The notes beneath the pieces were generated by a model. The model did not search any database. It was not told the DNA's origin and saw only the letters and a list, made by a program, of their open reading frames with translations. 64,000 nt of DNA, taken from NCBI GenBank assembly GCA_964234715.1, contig OZ174280.1; one strand, 5' to 3'. Both the position numbers and the translations under genes were made by a program. The DNA is from Podarcis melisellensis (Eukaryota). This document shows positions 51,553 through 63,687 of the stretch, in pieces (the first letter of the stretch is position 1; every line of letters starts with the position of its first letter).

Positions 51553-51754
51553 CAGTGGTACCTCGGGTTAAGAACTTAATTCATTCTGAAGGTCCGTTCT
51601 TAACCTGAAACTGTTCTTAACCTGAGGTACAACTTTAGCTAATGGGGCCTCCCACTGCCGCCAGCACGCAATTTCTGTTCTCATCCTGAGGTAAAGTTCT
51701 TAACCCGAGGTACTATTTCTGGGTTAGTGGAGTCTGTAACCCGAGGTACCACTG
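51553..51754. mobile_element. Tc1/mariner-type MITE, family A
   Basis: TA|cagtggtacctcgggtta ... taacccgaggtaccactg|TA, with perfect 18-bp TIRs. Confidence 0.93.
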
Positions 51755-52400
51755 TAGTGCATTTCAAAATATAAATTAACCATTATTATATTTTGAACTG
51801 CTTTTTGTACTATTCTTACACCAGTTAGTGTCTGGTATCCCAAGCCTTGCTCATTAAAATCCCCATAGCCATTCCATTAAAGTAAATGGCACTACTAATG
51901 GTAAGTAAAGACTTCTTAAAGGGCCAAAGGTTGCTATGCAGTGCTTCTTTGCTACATTAGTAGGCCTGACTCCAGACACTGAGTAGAGTTCATGTTAGAT
52001 CACAGACTGATTAGAATTAACATAATATCAAATGGCTGTATTTCTAAGATAGCGCAACAACAATTGGATCTCACAGCTGCTCTTTACTTTCATGCCAAAG
52101 TAAGGGATTAATTTCAGGTTTCCAGGGCAGTTTTGATTTCTTATATGTCTTTTATTCTAAAATATTTGGGATAAGTGTTTTTTTATTTAATTCCTGAAAC
52201 CTAAACTTTGTATGTTCTCAAGTATATGAATGAATAGCAAGCCTAGCATTATGGCCTCTGCAAATTGAGAACCTAAATTAAATTGAAGGACACGGGTCAG
52301 CAGAATGATACTTTCTCTCACTTTCATGTTCTTACACCAATCAGTATGTGCACAATACCCCTCTGATTCACCACAATTGAACTGCTGTTGTCATTTACAG

Positions 52401-52646
52401 ATCACAAATGTTACAACAGCACAGGAGCAGACTACCGAGGGACAATGAGTGTCACAAAGTCTGGGCGACAGTGCCAGCCATGGAATTCTCAGTACCCCCA
52501 CACGCACACGTTCACTGCTGTGCGATACCCAGAGCTGAATGGGGGACACTCCTATTGTAGAAACCCAGGGAATCAGAAGGAGGCTCCATGGTGCTTCACC
52601 TTAGATGAAAATTTTAAATCTGAGCTTTGTGATATCCCTGCCTGTG
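52401..52646 (+). CDS. ROR1: ROR1 exon 7 (246 nt), kringle domain
   Basis: tttacag| acceptor, tgtg|gtaagt donor. [13 protein letters not shown]...CQPW...SYCRNPG...PWCFT...CDIPAC has six Cys and the kringle YCRNP motif. Confidence 0.97.
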
Positions 52647-54378
52647 GTAAGTGTAGTAGAACTCTCCCATTTTGAAAGGGAAACCCAAGTCTGGGTGTAG
52701 CAAAAGGATATTCTCAAAAACCACAGTTGACACAATGATGAGCCATGCTGAGGGTTCAGCCCTACAACTAAAATGAATAAGGTGCAGAGAGTTGAGGACT
52801 CGTATTCTGCTGGTGAGCAACCGTCAGGAGAGGTGTGGATGAGGAACACAAAGGCCTGAAGGCAAGCGACAATCCAGGCTTCATTATAATTACAGGTGTC
52901 TGATGGATCATGTCTATCTTCTCATTGTTGGACTTCAAAGAGTTTGCGGCAGGGAAGCTTTCTTAATACTAAGCAGCATCCACAATTCCTGCGTTGATGG
53001 GAAACATATTGGGTCTCCATGGAAGCTGCTGGCAGGTTCTGGGAACTGTGAAACCACACCAGCCTGCTTATCAAAAGAGACCCATACACATACAAAGAAA
53101 TATATTCACTTTCTACAGTTGCCCATGGGCTGTGTTGAAATTGCTTCTTGTTGCTGACATGCCAGTTTTACCACCCATGTTGTTGTGAATTCTGCAGCTT
53201 GATGCCATTTCCCCATCAGGTCTATAATGCATGTGTCTGACTTCAATTATTATTTTATCAGCTTGGATGTTACTAAAAATAGCTATGTAAAAAGTAAGAT
53301 GCAAAGCAGCCTCTCTGTTCCAGAAAAGTATATTACCTAGGACTGGAGAATTTTCAAATTAATGGTTGCACTGTTCAGCATTTACTGAAGTGTGACGTAT
53401 CTTAGGACTGTAATGTCCCTAAACAGAATACTCAGAATTGGTGGCCGGTTGAATAAGGAAACTCACTTGATTGAGATCTGTTCAGAACTAACAAGGCTTT
53501 GTGGTATTATTATAATTATACATAACTGGTGAATAATTTGTGCATGAAGCTTCAGAAGAAAGGACACTAAAATAATCTCATCTTGACTGGAGACTCCTGA
53601 TGTACAATAGCAGGAGTAAGATATTTTAGATTGCAAAGGTGCAAACATGACTATGATACTGTGGTGGTGAAGAAGTATTCCCAACATTTCTGCTTCCTCC
53701 CTAAGGAAAAGAGCCACCAAGGACAGGTAGGGGAGGAGAATACCCCCCCCCTCGGTATTCTAGTTTTTTTATAGTTCCACTCTTCTTAGTAGGCCCAAGA
53801 AGTTGTGAAATAGATGTGAAGCTGCCAGCTAAGGTACAGTGTTACGATTATATCTACCAGTACTAGCTAATTTTAACCATAAGCAGCTCCTGCCTGCCAC
53901 CTTCTGATGTGAAGTTATATAAAAAGGGAAAGCAAGAATATAAGGAGTGATTTTTCTCTAATGAACCCGTACCTAGAAATGTATGTTTTACACACATTAG
54001 CTAAGCTTAGCAGGCATACATACTTTTGCCCGCCTTCATGTCATACCGATATATATTACTACTTCTAAATATATAAAACTAATGTGTGTTTTAAAGACTG
54101 GTAAGACTATTGTCTGGTTCATACATGAAGTTGCCAGACCAAGAAAAAACATTTATTAAAGCAGGAACAAGCAGTGAACTTGAGCACCTCTCCCCCACAC
54201 ACCTCTGACTTCTGGTTTATTAAATTACAGTTTCCCATGAGAAACTGCCTTATCACTTAAAGGGATCTCTACAAACCAAGATCGAACTGTGGTTTGCAAT
54301 TGTGGTTTGTTGTGAGCACTTAAACCAGTTTCTTGGTCCAGATGTTATTGCAAGCCATGGTTTAACAAACCAGGAAAT

Positions 54379-54588
54379 CATACAAATGTAAGAGCCCTTC
54401 TGGGTCAGAACAAAGGTTCGTCCTGTCCAGCATCCTTTTCTCACAGTGGCCAACTAGATGCACACAAGCAGGGCATGAGTACAACAGCATTGTCCTCACC
54501 TGTATTCCCCAGCAATGCGTAGTTATGATACTGGAGGTAGTAGTACACAGCCATCATGACTAGTAGCCCTTGATGACCTCCCCTGAAG
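54379..54588 (-). mobile_element. CR1 LINE 3' fragment
   Basis: aagagccc..gg.tcag..caaagg..c.tc..gtccagcatcct..tctcacagtggccaac.agatgc ... agccatcatgactagtagcc is the typical reptile CR1 3' UTR in reverse orientation. Confidence 0.72.
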
Positions 54589-55820
54589 TTCAGTTCTGCT
54601 CCATCAAAACGCAGATTGCTGAACTGAGAATGTTACATTCAAACTGGGACAATAGGTTTCCAGAACACCTCTCTACAAGATAAACTCCTGAATGTGTTTA
54701 ACAAACTTCCGATCCTACAGTTATAATTTATCCAAAGGATAAAATCACCACGGCCCTTAAAGCAACCCTGAAAGTATTTTTAAAAGTTCTACTAGTGAGC
54801 ATTGATCCGTAGCATGGATCTTATTTGCATATTCTTGTGAAAAATATTGGCTATCACGAAACAGTAGTATCATTCCAGAAACACTGTCCTTGAGACTTTT
54901 CAGACATCTTCTGTTGAAACCTTCAAATATGACAGGGCAGAATAAAAGGGAATGTCAAATACAGCTAGAGTTGAACTTAAAATGCTTTCGAAACATGTAC
55001 TTCCTTGAGCTTCAGCATATGCCTCCTATCATGTACTTCTTTCTGTTATTAAACAAGGAGGGAAAGAGGTGAAATGTTACTACAGGTTTTGCTGCCAAAA
55101 ATTCAGAGTCTCTGTTCTTTTCTTATCCTTGAAAGATTCATCAAATGGCTGTGATGGTCTTGGTCTCTCTCATCTTTCATCACTTTGCTACATGTGGCTT
55201 CTTTGACTTAGTAGTTCACATCTTCTCTTCCGACTTGTCTGACTTTACTGTCAAGATGTGTCAGCCTAATGTTCAAGCTCCCACTCACCTCTCTGGGCAG
55301 GGCTTGAACTAGACTAGCATTTGGTTTTTCTGGATGGAACCCCTAATTCTTTTGGCAGCATGCCTTAGTGGCCAGCATTTGTTATGGCTGCCTCAGGAGT
55401 GAGTGAGTGGTGGGTGTCAGCAGTGATCAGCTGTTTGCAATCCAGGAGTGATGTGTAGTCCCCATGAAGTTAAAGTTCTTGCAAGAAGACCATTATCTTT
55501 TAATATTGGAGAAATTAAAAAGATAAACTCACAGCCTTAGGCATTTTTAAAAATGGAAATAGATACATTTGTATTATGCAAACAAGCATCTTACAAGAGA
55601 GGGAAGTTTCCACTAACTTCCTCCCCACCACACTCCAAAGTGTGCATGATCAAGAACAAATAAGAGCAACTCTCCTCCTATTACAGTATAATAGCTACAT
55701 GCACCTCTCTTTCTTTCCAATGGTTTTTTTTTGGGGGGGGGGTAGCTAGGAGTTCAGAATACCAGAAACAAAAAGGAAATATGCCATATAAAAACACAAG
55801 ATTAATAAGGAGGACTAAAT

Positions 55821-55880
55821 GGAGTGCCTGGCGTGCTCTGGTCCATGTGGTCACAAAGAGTCGGACACGACTAAACAACA
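55821..55880 (+). mobile_element. BovB (RTE) LINE extreme 3' end
   Basis: gcctggcgtgctctggtccatgtggtcacaaagagtcggacacgactaaacaac matches the conserved BovB terminus. Confidence 0.85.
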
Positions 55881-56145
55881 GCAAAATAACATTCACACAC
55901 CACTACCATCCTTCCCAGAGGATCTTTCAGGGTGTTCCCTTCCTTCATCTGGCCCTTATACCTGGTATGCAAGACATAAAATGCCTACAACAGATGTAAG
56001 TGGCTCTCTCTCTGTTGCATGGCTTGCTTACTCAATTGCAAAAGACAGGAGAGCACCAGGCTGACCTATTCTAAGTGGGCTTTATGGCACACTTGGACAC
56101 TTGGAAAGTCCGAAATGCCACCTACAACAGTAGGCTCTCTCAACT

Positions 56146-56285
56146 NNNNNNNNNNNNNNNNNNNNNNNNNNNNNNNNNNNNNNNNNNNNNNNNNNNNNNN
56201 NNNNNNNNNNNNNNNNNNNNNNNNNNNNNNNNNNNNNNNNNNNNNNNNNNNNNNNNNNNNNNNNNNNNNNNNNNNNNNNNNNNNN
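56146..56285. other. Assembly gap (140 N) in intron 7
   Basis: Run of n characters. Exons 7 and 8 join in frame, so no constitutive exon is missing. Confidence 0.99.
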
Positions 56286-57620
56286 TTCCTTCTGTCCTTC
56301 TAAAGCAGCTCCATTTTCTCACCATGAAGCATTAGGGGGTCTTCTGAACTCTACACAGAATGTTACTCAACACCTTTGGCGTTTTTTCAAATATTTTAAA
56401 AAGAACAACACACCCAAGAGTGAGAGATATAAACCTATCGATGTATACAATGGAAGCCTATATGCCATTTTTTCTCAGCACTTGTCACATTCAAACAGTG
56501 CCACTAATTTACCCAATGGATGGCACACAAAAATCCTAATGAATCAGAGAGCCAGAGATTAAGAGTTGTACTTTTACCCATACCTAGAAAAGCACAATTA
56601 GAACTACTTAAAAGAAATTTGAGAACTAGCCTGCACTTGAATTTTAGGAATGAAGTTCATGTCACAGTTAAGATAATGCAGTGCCTCATTCCTTCAGGGT
56701 TCTAAACTCTAGTATCTGTTGGCTCTCTGAAATAGTATACATTATCTATGTGGCTTTTTCTGAAAAGATATGGAAAACATTCCACCCCATTTGGTTTGGC
56801 CAAGGCATTGTATACCTGTCTGGCTTCCCAAATATGTTGGCAACTTTTCAGTATAATCAAAAAGTCTCAGCCAATTTTTGTGTGTGTGGAAGGCATTGAG
56901 AGGCACGTAGCCCATTTATGGGTTATAGCATTGGCACCACAGATGGACATTTTTGTGATGTTACTTACGTAAACCCACTCTCCGCAGAGAAAACAATTGG
57001 TTCCCCTCACCCCATTAAGGCAGTTTTGAGCTGCAAAACTGCTGCTCTGCCAAAATACAGCATTACAAAAACAATTAACTATGCACTAAGCTCTTGTTTT
57101 TCTTAATGTCTAATCTATCTGATTACAGGGCAACCATAACCAGTTTGGGTGGGTATCTATCTTTTTGGTCCAGGTTATCGCAACTCTCTGTCATCTGCTG
57201 TCAAGTTTTTCCTAAAGAATACCTTTGCCATGTGTCAGGCCTTTTAGAGAAATCCAACACTAATGTGAATATAATTATTTGTTGGGGATTTAAAAAACGT
57301 CCCTCCAAGTGCACTTCACACCCCATGGTTTCTGAATAAATTCTTATGATAATGGTTTGGATTTAGCTGGCTTTTTTCCAAATAGGATCTGTGGCTATCC
57401 ACTGGAAGCTCGAAGTGCCTTCAAATGAACGGCACTCAAACTTAATAGCACACAACTATCTGGTATTATTGTTGCTCAGTCAAGAAATAGAACAGTCATC
57501 AGAACCAGTTCATGTGGCACCCAAAACTTGTGTTTTATTTCATGTACAAAACTGCATTCTTTAGCATGAGATTTTATGCTTTTCTTCCCATTGTTCCCCG
57601 CCCCTCTTTTTCTGAATTAG

Positions 57621-57832
57621 ACACAAAAGACTCCAAAGAAAAGAATAAAATGGAAATCCTCTATATATTGGTGCCAAGTGTTACAATTCCCCTGGCTATT
57701 GCCTTACTATTTTTCTTCATCTGTATTTGCCGCAACAACCAGAAGTCTTCTTCGCCTCCAGTGCAAAGGCAGCCTAAGCATGTCAGAGGACAGAACGTAG
57801 AGATGTCTATGCTGAATGCATATAAACCAAAG
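57621..57832 (+). CDS. ROR1: ROR1 exon 8 (212 nt), transmembrane and juxtamembrane region
   Basis: Pyrimidine tract + aattag| acceptor, aaag|gtattg donor. Hydrophobic ILYILVPSVTIPLAIALLFFFICIC followed by RNNQKSSSPPVQRQPK...AYKPK. Confidence 0.96.
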
Positions 57833-59236
57833 GTATTGTTGGTGAAATCTACTTTATATGCCTATGTCATAAAAGAGAAATGTTTCCACTTAGTATTCTA
57901 GTTCAAAGAACCTTTGCTATTTTGGTCTCTTCCAGCTCTTTTGGGTGCAATAGTTTTCCTAATGATGTGTCAATCCCAGCTGACTGCATTTCACAAATAC
58001 TAGTAGGACAATATTACAATTGTTTCCACTCCATAAAATATTCTTTCTTCTGTGAATATAAAATTGCATTGAGTTTGGACATATGCTAACTGATTCAATA
58101 AAAACAAGAAATAAACCAAATTCCCAGTTTTGTACATGGGACTAAATCCTGTACTCATTTACTTAGAGCTTAGTCCCATTGGACTTGGTGAGACTTACAT
58201 GTGAGTGGCTATGTATAAGACTGCACTGTTAGGCTGCCATCCTAAGCACATTTACTACAGAGTAATCCCTAACTCAAGGCACTTGCTACATGCTTAGTAT
58301 AATATCATAAATTGTGTCCGCTCTTGTCATTCATTTAATAGAAGCAACTGATAGAGATAAAATGTCCCCTGACAAATTTCCTTTGTACTTGGTTTACGTT
58401 GGCATGGTGCCCCATATGTGTTTTACACTTCTTTGCATTTTGTACACCACCATATGACAAATACCCGTCAAACAAAAACTAAGCAGATTTATAACTGCTT
58501 AACTTAAAATGAACCCCTTTCCTGCCAAAACTTTATGACTTCATTTTCTTTCATACTTTTCCACTAGGTTGGTTAAAACAGACAATCCTGCATGAGGTCA
58601 GACAGAGGTCATTTCACTTTCATTACTAAAATATAATTTACAATATGCCAGACCTAAACAAGTTTTAGCCTAAAGGATTTGTATAATATAAACCATCTGT
58701 GTCTCAACAATACAGCTAATTTCCTGCCATCACTGCACAGTCAACTGGCTGCTTGTTTAAATGCCTCTGCGATATATTAATTCACACAGTATTTATCTAA
58801 AATTTGTAAATTGTTAGGAAAATTAGAATTCAGTCCTGAGTGTCACTTTCAAATGATAATAAAGTGCATTGGGGCTTTCTGCTCCTCCCCTTTTCTTTTT
58901 CTTCTTTTGTTTGCAATACTGCTTTGGCAAAATTGGAGTGAGAGTAGCAAGGATCTCAAGTAAAGGAAAACTTAATTTCCGAAAGGTCCTGAACATTGAG
59001 TTCCCCGCTCAATTACTGTCACCTACTTCATGAATGGAAACATTGAAGTTCACATGCTTTATGATGGAATTATTTTTAACTCTGTATCTATAAAGTAAAG
59101 AAATGGGAAGGGGTGTCTTGAAAACCACTGCAACACCACTCTTGTTATAGTATCCTCCTACAGTATCAGACGTATGGCACTGAGATTTTAGCCATCATCC
59201 AAATTTATTGTTGACATGTCGTCTTCTTTCCAACAG

Positions 59237-60661
59237 AGCAAAGCCAAAGAGCTGCCTCTATCTGCTGTCCGTTTTATGGAAGAGTTGGGTGAATGTGCCT
59301 TTGGCAAAATCTACAAGGGACACCTTTATCTACCAGGCATGGACCATGCTCAGCTGGTTGCAATTAAGACCTTAAAGGACTGCAACAATCCACAACAGTG
59401 GGCAGAGTTCCAGCAGGAAGCCTCTCTGATGGCAGAACTGCATCATCCCAACATTGTTTGCCTTCTTGGCGTTGTGACTCAAGAGCAGCCAGTCTGCATG
59501 CTTTTTGAGTACATGAATCAAGGGGACCTGCATGAATTTCTTATAATGCGATCACCACATTCAGATGTTGGGTGCAGTAGTGATGAGGATGGTACTGTAA
59601 AATCTAGCTTAGATCATGGAGATTTTCTGCACGTAGTAGTCCAGATTGCAGCAGGGATGGAATACTTATCAAGTCATTTTTTTGTTCACAAGGATCTGGC
59701 TGCTCGAAATATTTTAATTGGAGAACAGCTCCACGTGAAGATTTCTGATTTGGGACTGTCAAGAGAAATCTACTCTGCAGATTATTTCAGAGTTCAAAAC
59801 AAGTCCCTCTTACCCATTCGTTGGATGCCCCCAGAGGCAATTCTGTATGGCAAATTCTCTTCTGATTCAGACATCTGGTCCTTTGGTGTTGTCCTGTGGG
59901 AGATTTTCAGCTTTGGTCTCCAGCCCTATTATGGATTTAGTAACCAAGAGGTCATAGAAATGGTTAGGAAGCGACAACTTTTGCCATGCTCTGAAGACTG
60001 CCCTCCCAGAATGTACAGCTTAATGACCGAATGTTGGCATGAGCTGCCATCTCGGAGACCAAGGTTTAAAGATATCCATGCTAGGCTGCGTTCTTGGGAG
60101 GGGCTGTCAAGTCACACTAGTTCTACTACTCCTTCTGGTGGAAATGCTACCACTCAGACAACTTCTCTCAGCGCAAGCCCAGTTAGCAACCTGAGTAACC
60201 CTAGGTACCCTAACTACATGTTTCCAGCACAGGGTATACCACAAGGCCAAATTGCTGGATTTATTGGCCCACCAATACCTCAAAACCAGCGATTTATTCC
60301 TATAAATGGATATCCAATTCCTCCTGGATATGCTGCTTTCCCAGCTGCTCACTACCAGCCTGCAGGCCCACCCAGAGTAATTCAGCACTGTCCTCCACCA
60401 AAGAGTCGTTCACCAAGTAGTGCAAGTGGATCTACCAGCACTGGGCACGTGACTAGCTTACCCTCTTCAGGATCTAATCAGGATGCAAATATTCCTTTGC
60501 TGTCTCATATGTCTATGCAGAGTCATCCAAGTGGGATTAGTATAACCGTTTTTGGAAACAAAACTCAAAAACCCTACAGAATTGACTCCAAACAGACATC
60601 TCTATTAGGAGATTCCAGTATTCATGGACATAATGAGACCGTGATTTCAGCAGAGATGTAA
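59237..60661 (+). CDS. ROR1: ROR1 exon 9 coding part: tyrosine pseudokinase domain, Ser/Thr-rich and Pro-rich tail, stop codon
   Basis: ctttccaacag| acceptor, phase 0; 474 codons + TAA. ROR1-type motifs GECAFG, VAIK, HKDLAARN, SDLGLSR; tail ...GYAAFPAAHY...ISAEM resembles ROR1 rather than ROR2. Confidence 0.98.
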   Translation, partial: SKAKELPLSAVRFMEELGECAFGKIYKGHLYLPGMDHAQLVAIKTLKDCNNPQQWAEFQQEASLMAELHHPNIVCLLGVVTQEQPVCMLFEYMNQGDLHEFLIMRSPHSDVGCSSDEDGTVKSSLDHGDFLHVVVQIAAGMEYLSSHFFVHKDLAARNILIGEQLHVKISDLGLSREIYSADYFRVQNKSLLPIRWMPPEAILYGKFSSDSDIWSFGVVLWEIFSFGLQPYYGFSNQEVIEMVRKRQLLPCSEDCPPRMYSLMTECWHELPSRRPRFKDIHARLRSWEGLSSHTSSTTPSGGNATTQTTSLSASPVSNLSNPRYPNYMFPAQGIPQGQIAGFIGPPIPQNQRFIPINGYPIPPGYAAFPAAHYQPAGPPRVIQHCPPPKSRSPSSASGSTSTGHVTSLPSSGSNQDANIPLLSHMSMQSHPSGISITVFGNKTQKPYRIDSKQTSLLGDSSIHGHNETVISAEM

Positions 60662-62280
60662 ATAAACAAGACTTTTGTAAATAAACCTATTTACAATATG
60701 GAATATAGAACGTTTTTAGAGGAGATTTATATTCAAATATTTTATTGGAGATTCTTCTGGCTGTATAAAGAGATATTTGCAATAAGTATCTTCTGTGAAG
60801 TTTATTTGTGCTTAACAGGATAAAGAGGTGCCAACCGTATTTTTCAAAAATGGAGTTTACACTCAATATCTTGGGTGAACCCTTATTTTACAGCTACCAA
60901 GGAGAAATAAATTTGTGTGTGAGAGAGAGAGTGAAAAAGAAAATTAACTGTGATACGTTTTATTTAATCACAGTTCCGTAATTTCTGTCTCAGCAATCTT
61001 ATTATTCTAAACCCATTTTAATATTGGTCACTTTTATGGATGAATGTGGTTAAGACAAATGTTGAGGACGATTAAATATGCTCCTGTAGAATGGAAGTTG
61101 TACTCTTTTTTGGTCTAATGTGGTTTGAGGGCACCACAAGACACAAGTACCTGATCCAGAGATAGGGTGAAACCAAACACCATGATAAATTTGCTTGCAT
61201 TTCATTCTAATGGCACACATTGGGCATTGACTTTTATTATTTCCCCCCTTTAAACAGCATCCACAAATCAGAAGTGTAGTGGATGTGCAAGATATTATCA
61301 AAATGACAATTCCTTTTTAGACAAGGATTTTGTTCAGACATATTCAGTTTTGAGTATGTAAACGGTTTCTGTCTAGTGATACGTCTAAACTCATGCATAA
61401 ACTAGGACAAGCGATAGAACCCTCTTGGAACTGCATACGATAAGTGAGTGAAAATTATACTTCTTGACGTTATATCTGTAGTTGCAATAGAATTTTTGTA
61501 TCCCTTTGTTGCTATGCAACCCTTTAATTAAAGAAAACTCTAAATTCTTATTTTATAACAGACAATCAGTTTTCCCAAGAATATTTATTATTTCAAGTAA
61601 AATAAATAGCTTTTGTAGTGATAACCCTGAAATGGGAAGCCTACATTCCATCAGTTGTACACAACAGTTTTTTAGAAATTTTCTATGATAACTTTTGTAT
61701 GTCATTTCAAATAATGTGAATTAGAATTAACTTTTTACTAGAAAATTGCATTTTTATTACTGAATTTTATTCAGGTGTAATCAATCTGGATTATTTTGAA
61801 ACCACTGTAATGTTTGAAAAAATACTGTGTAAATTACAACCTCTCAGACTTTTTTATTAAAATAATTTTTGTATGGATTATATACACAAATCTTTCAGAC
61901 ACTTGACAGTACTTTTTTTCAAAATCTTTTGCACAAAAATGTTGTCTTTGTATAGCAGAAGTGAAAAATACATCCTGCTTTTTATTTCTTGTCTGTTTCT
62001 CATTTTTTAACTACGTGGATATGTCTTTAAAATATACAAGGTGACATTTAGACAATGTTTTAATACATATTTTGTTTTCATTGCATGCATTTGATTACTG
62101 TATTACTTTATTAATCTACTCATTGAGGATGTTGCACTAAGGTAAGCATGTAAACGTAGCAACACAGACTACTTTATGCAGAAGCTCAGTGCATTTTTGT
62201 ATTTCAGACACCACCAGAGTGATATTAAACTCTGATTATTATATGCTGCTGGTTATTAAAACATGGTTTTAAAGAAGAAC
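60662..62280 (+). other. ROR1: ROR1 3' UTR (end approximate)
   Basis: AU-rich, with no recognisable TE after the stop. AATAAA at 60661, 60680, 60906 and 61601; ATTAAA at 62224 and 62255. The true cleavage site cannot be determined from sequence. Confidence 0.55.
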
Positions 62281-63558
62281 ATGCATATTTTCGGAATGAT
62301 AATCAATGTTCTGAAAATCTCAGATGGATTAAGTGCCACATCCTGCTAGCATTCCTTATACAATAAGTCAATTGAGACTATTGTTATTAGTCATTTGAGA
62401 CTATTGTTAATCATCATCCATCCCCAAACTGTCCCCAGATCAATCTCACAAAGTGGGCTATTTTATGTTTTTCTGTGTACTGCTTACTTTCATGACTCTA
62501 CAAAATTTCCCCGTCATTTTCCAGAGTTATTTGCCATGCAATGAGGTAAAGAGACTCCTGTCTGAGGAAAAACAATTCAAAAGCCCCCTTGGGCTCTTCT
62601 ATTACTGTTATTATTACTGTTCTAGTCACTATTGCTAAACAGATCAAAAGTTCTCATGAGATGTATTCTGAATGACAAGCCAAATTGCTCATATTTTAAT
62701 TTGTGGATGCTTTAAGCATCTTCAAAATGCAAGCCAATTGTGTGTCTCTTAAATATAGAATACTGAAAGTGAAAACCATGCTCTGAGGAAAAACTGAGCC
62801 AGTTGTCTTGCGCAATAGGAAAAATTGTTAATGCCAACTATCAAATCTTTTTCTTCTTGCACAAGGTACAGGTTGTGTGCTTTTTTTAAAAAACAACAAC
62901 AACAACACTTAAATAGGAACAGGAATTCACAAAGGAGCCAATGAAGACAAGAAATCAGTTCAACACTATCAATTGGATAATATGGGTCGGGGGAACCTTT
63001 GCTAAAGAATCAACATTTTGCAAACTCTGGTGAAAATATGGTTTCTGCAACTTGGACGTACAGAGGAAGAAATGTCACAAACCTTCACACTTTAATCATT
63101 TCGTCTTTCTTCAAATAAATGAAATAGAATACTTTAAACTATACCTTATGAAGCTTGAGAGATGCAAATGTAAGTTCAGAAAAACAGCGAAATTAAAGGA
63201 CAAAATCCTGTCTAATCCTGCTAACAGAAAAAAGCAGCTAATTTAAAGGTTACCTCACACAGTTTAATAGTTTCCTTACCTTTCACAAAGATTCAATAGA
63301 GGGGCACTATTACAAAGCAAGCATCACAGCTGGAACTGGGAATTGCCCTGCAATGAGTTAAGGACTGAAAATAAATATATGACAATGAACGTGACAGGTC
63401 TGAATACTGCATGGTTCTTGGATCTGACAAACCAGCAAAATAGGATTTTATTTTTGAAATACATGCGAGAAGACTTGTACACTTACTGACCAAATCTCTT
63501 GCTGGACCTGGAGCTATACTTGTACCCAGTTCTGCATTTAAGCATTCAATGGGGTAAA

Positions 63559-63687
63559 CAAGGATGGGGCATCTGTGGGCCTTCAGATGTAGCTTGACAT
63601 CAACTCCCATCACTGTTCACCGTGGTCATGCTGGCTGGTGGGATCTGGACTCCAGCGACCTGAGGGCCACAAGTTAGCTACCCCTTG
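63559..63687. mobile_element. Short palindromic hAT-type MITE, degraded
   Basis: caaggatggggcatctgtgggccttcagatgt ... acctgagggccacaagttagctacccct are inverted ends around caactcccatc. Confidence 0.65.

Noticed and set aside
56019-56335. ORFs spanning the N run; possible hidden exon
   Set aside because: Artefacts of the gap. Exons 7 and 8 splice in frame with the expected sequence.
59237-60120. Non-canonical kinase motifs (GECAFG, HKD, DLG) as a sign of pseudogenisation or novelty
   Set aside because: These are the normal ROR1 pseudokinase signatures. The frame is intact across all eight exons.
60107-60388. Antisense ORFs over ROR1 exons (also 51021-51366, 52601-52849)
   Set aside because: Shadow frames of coding sequence.
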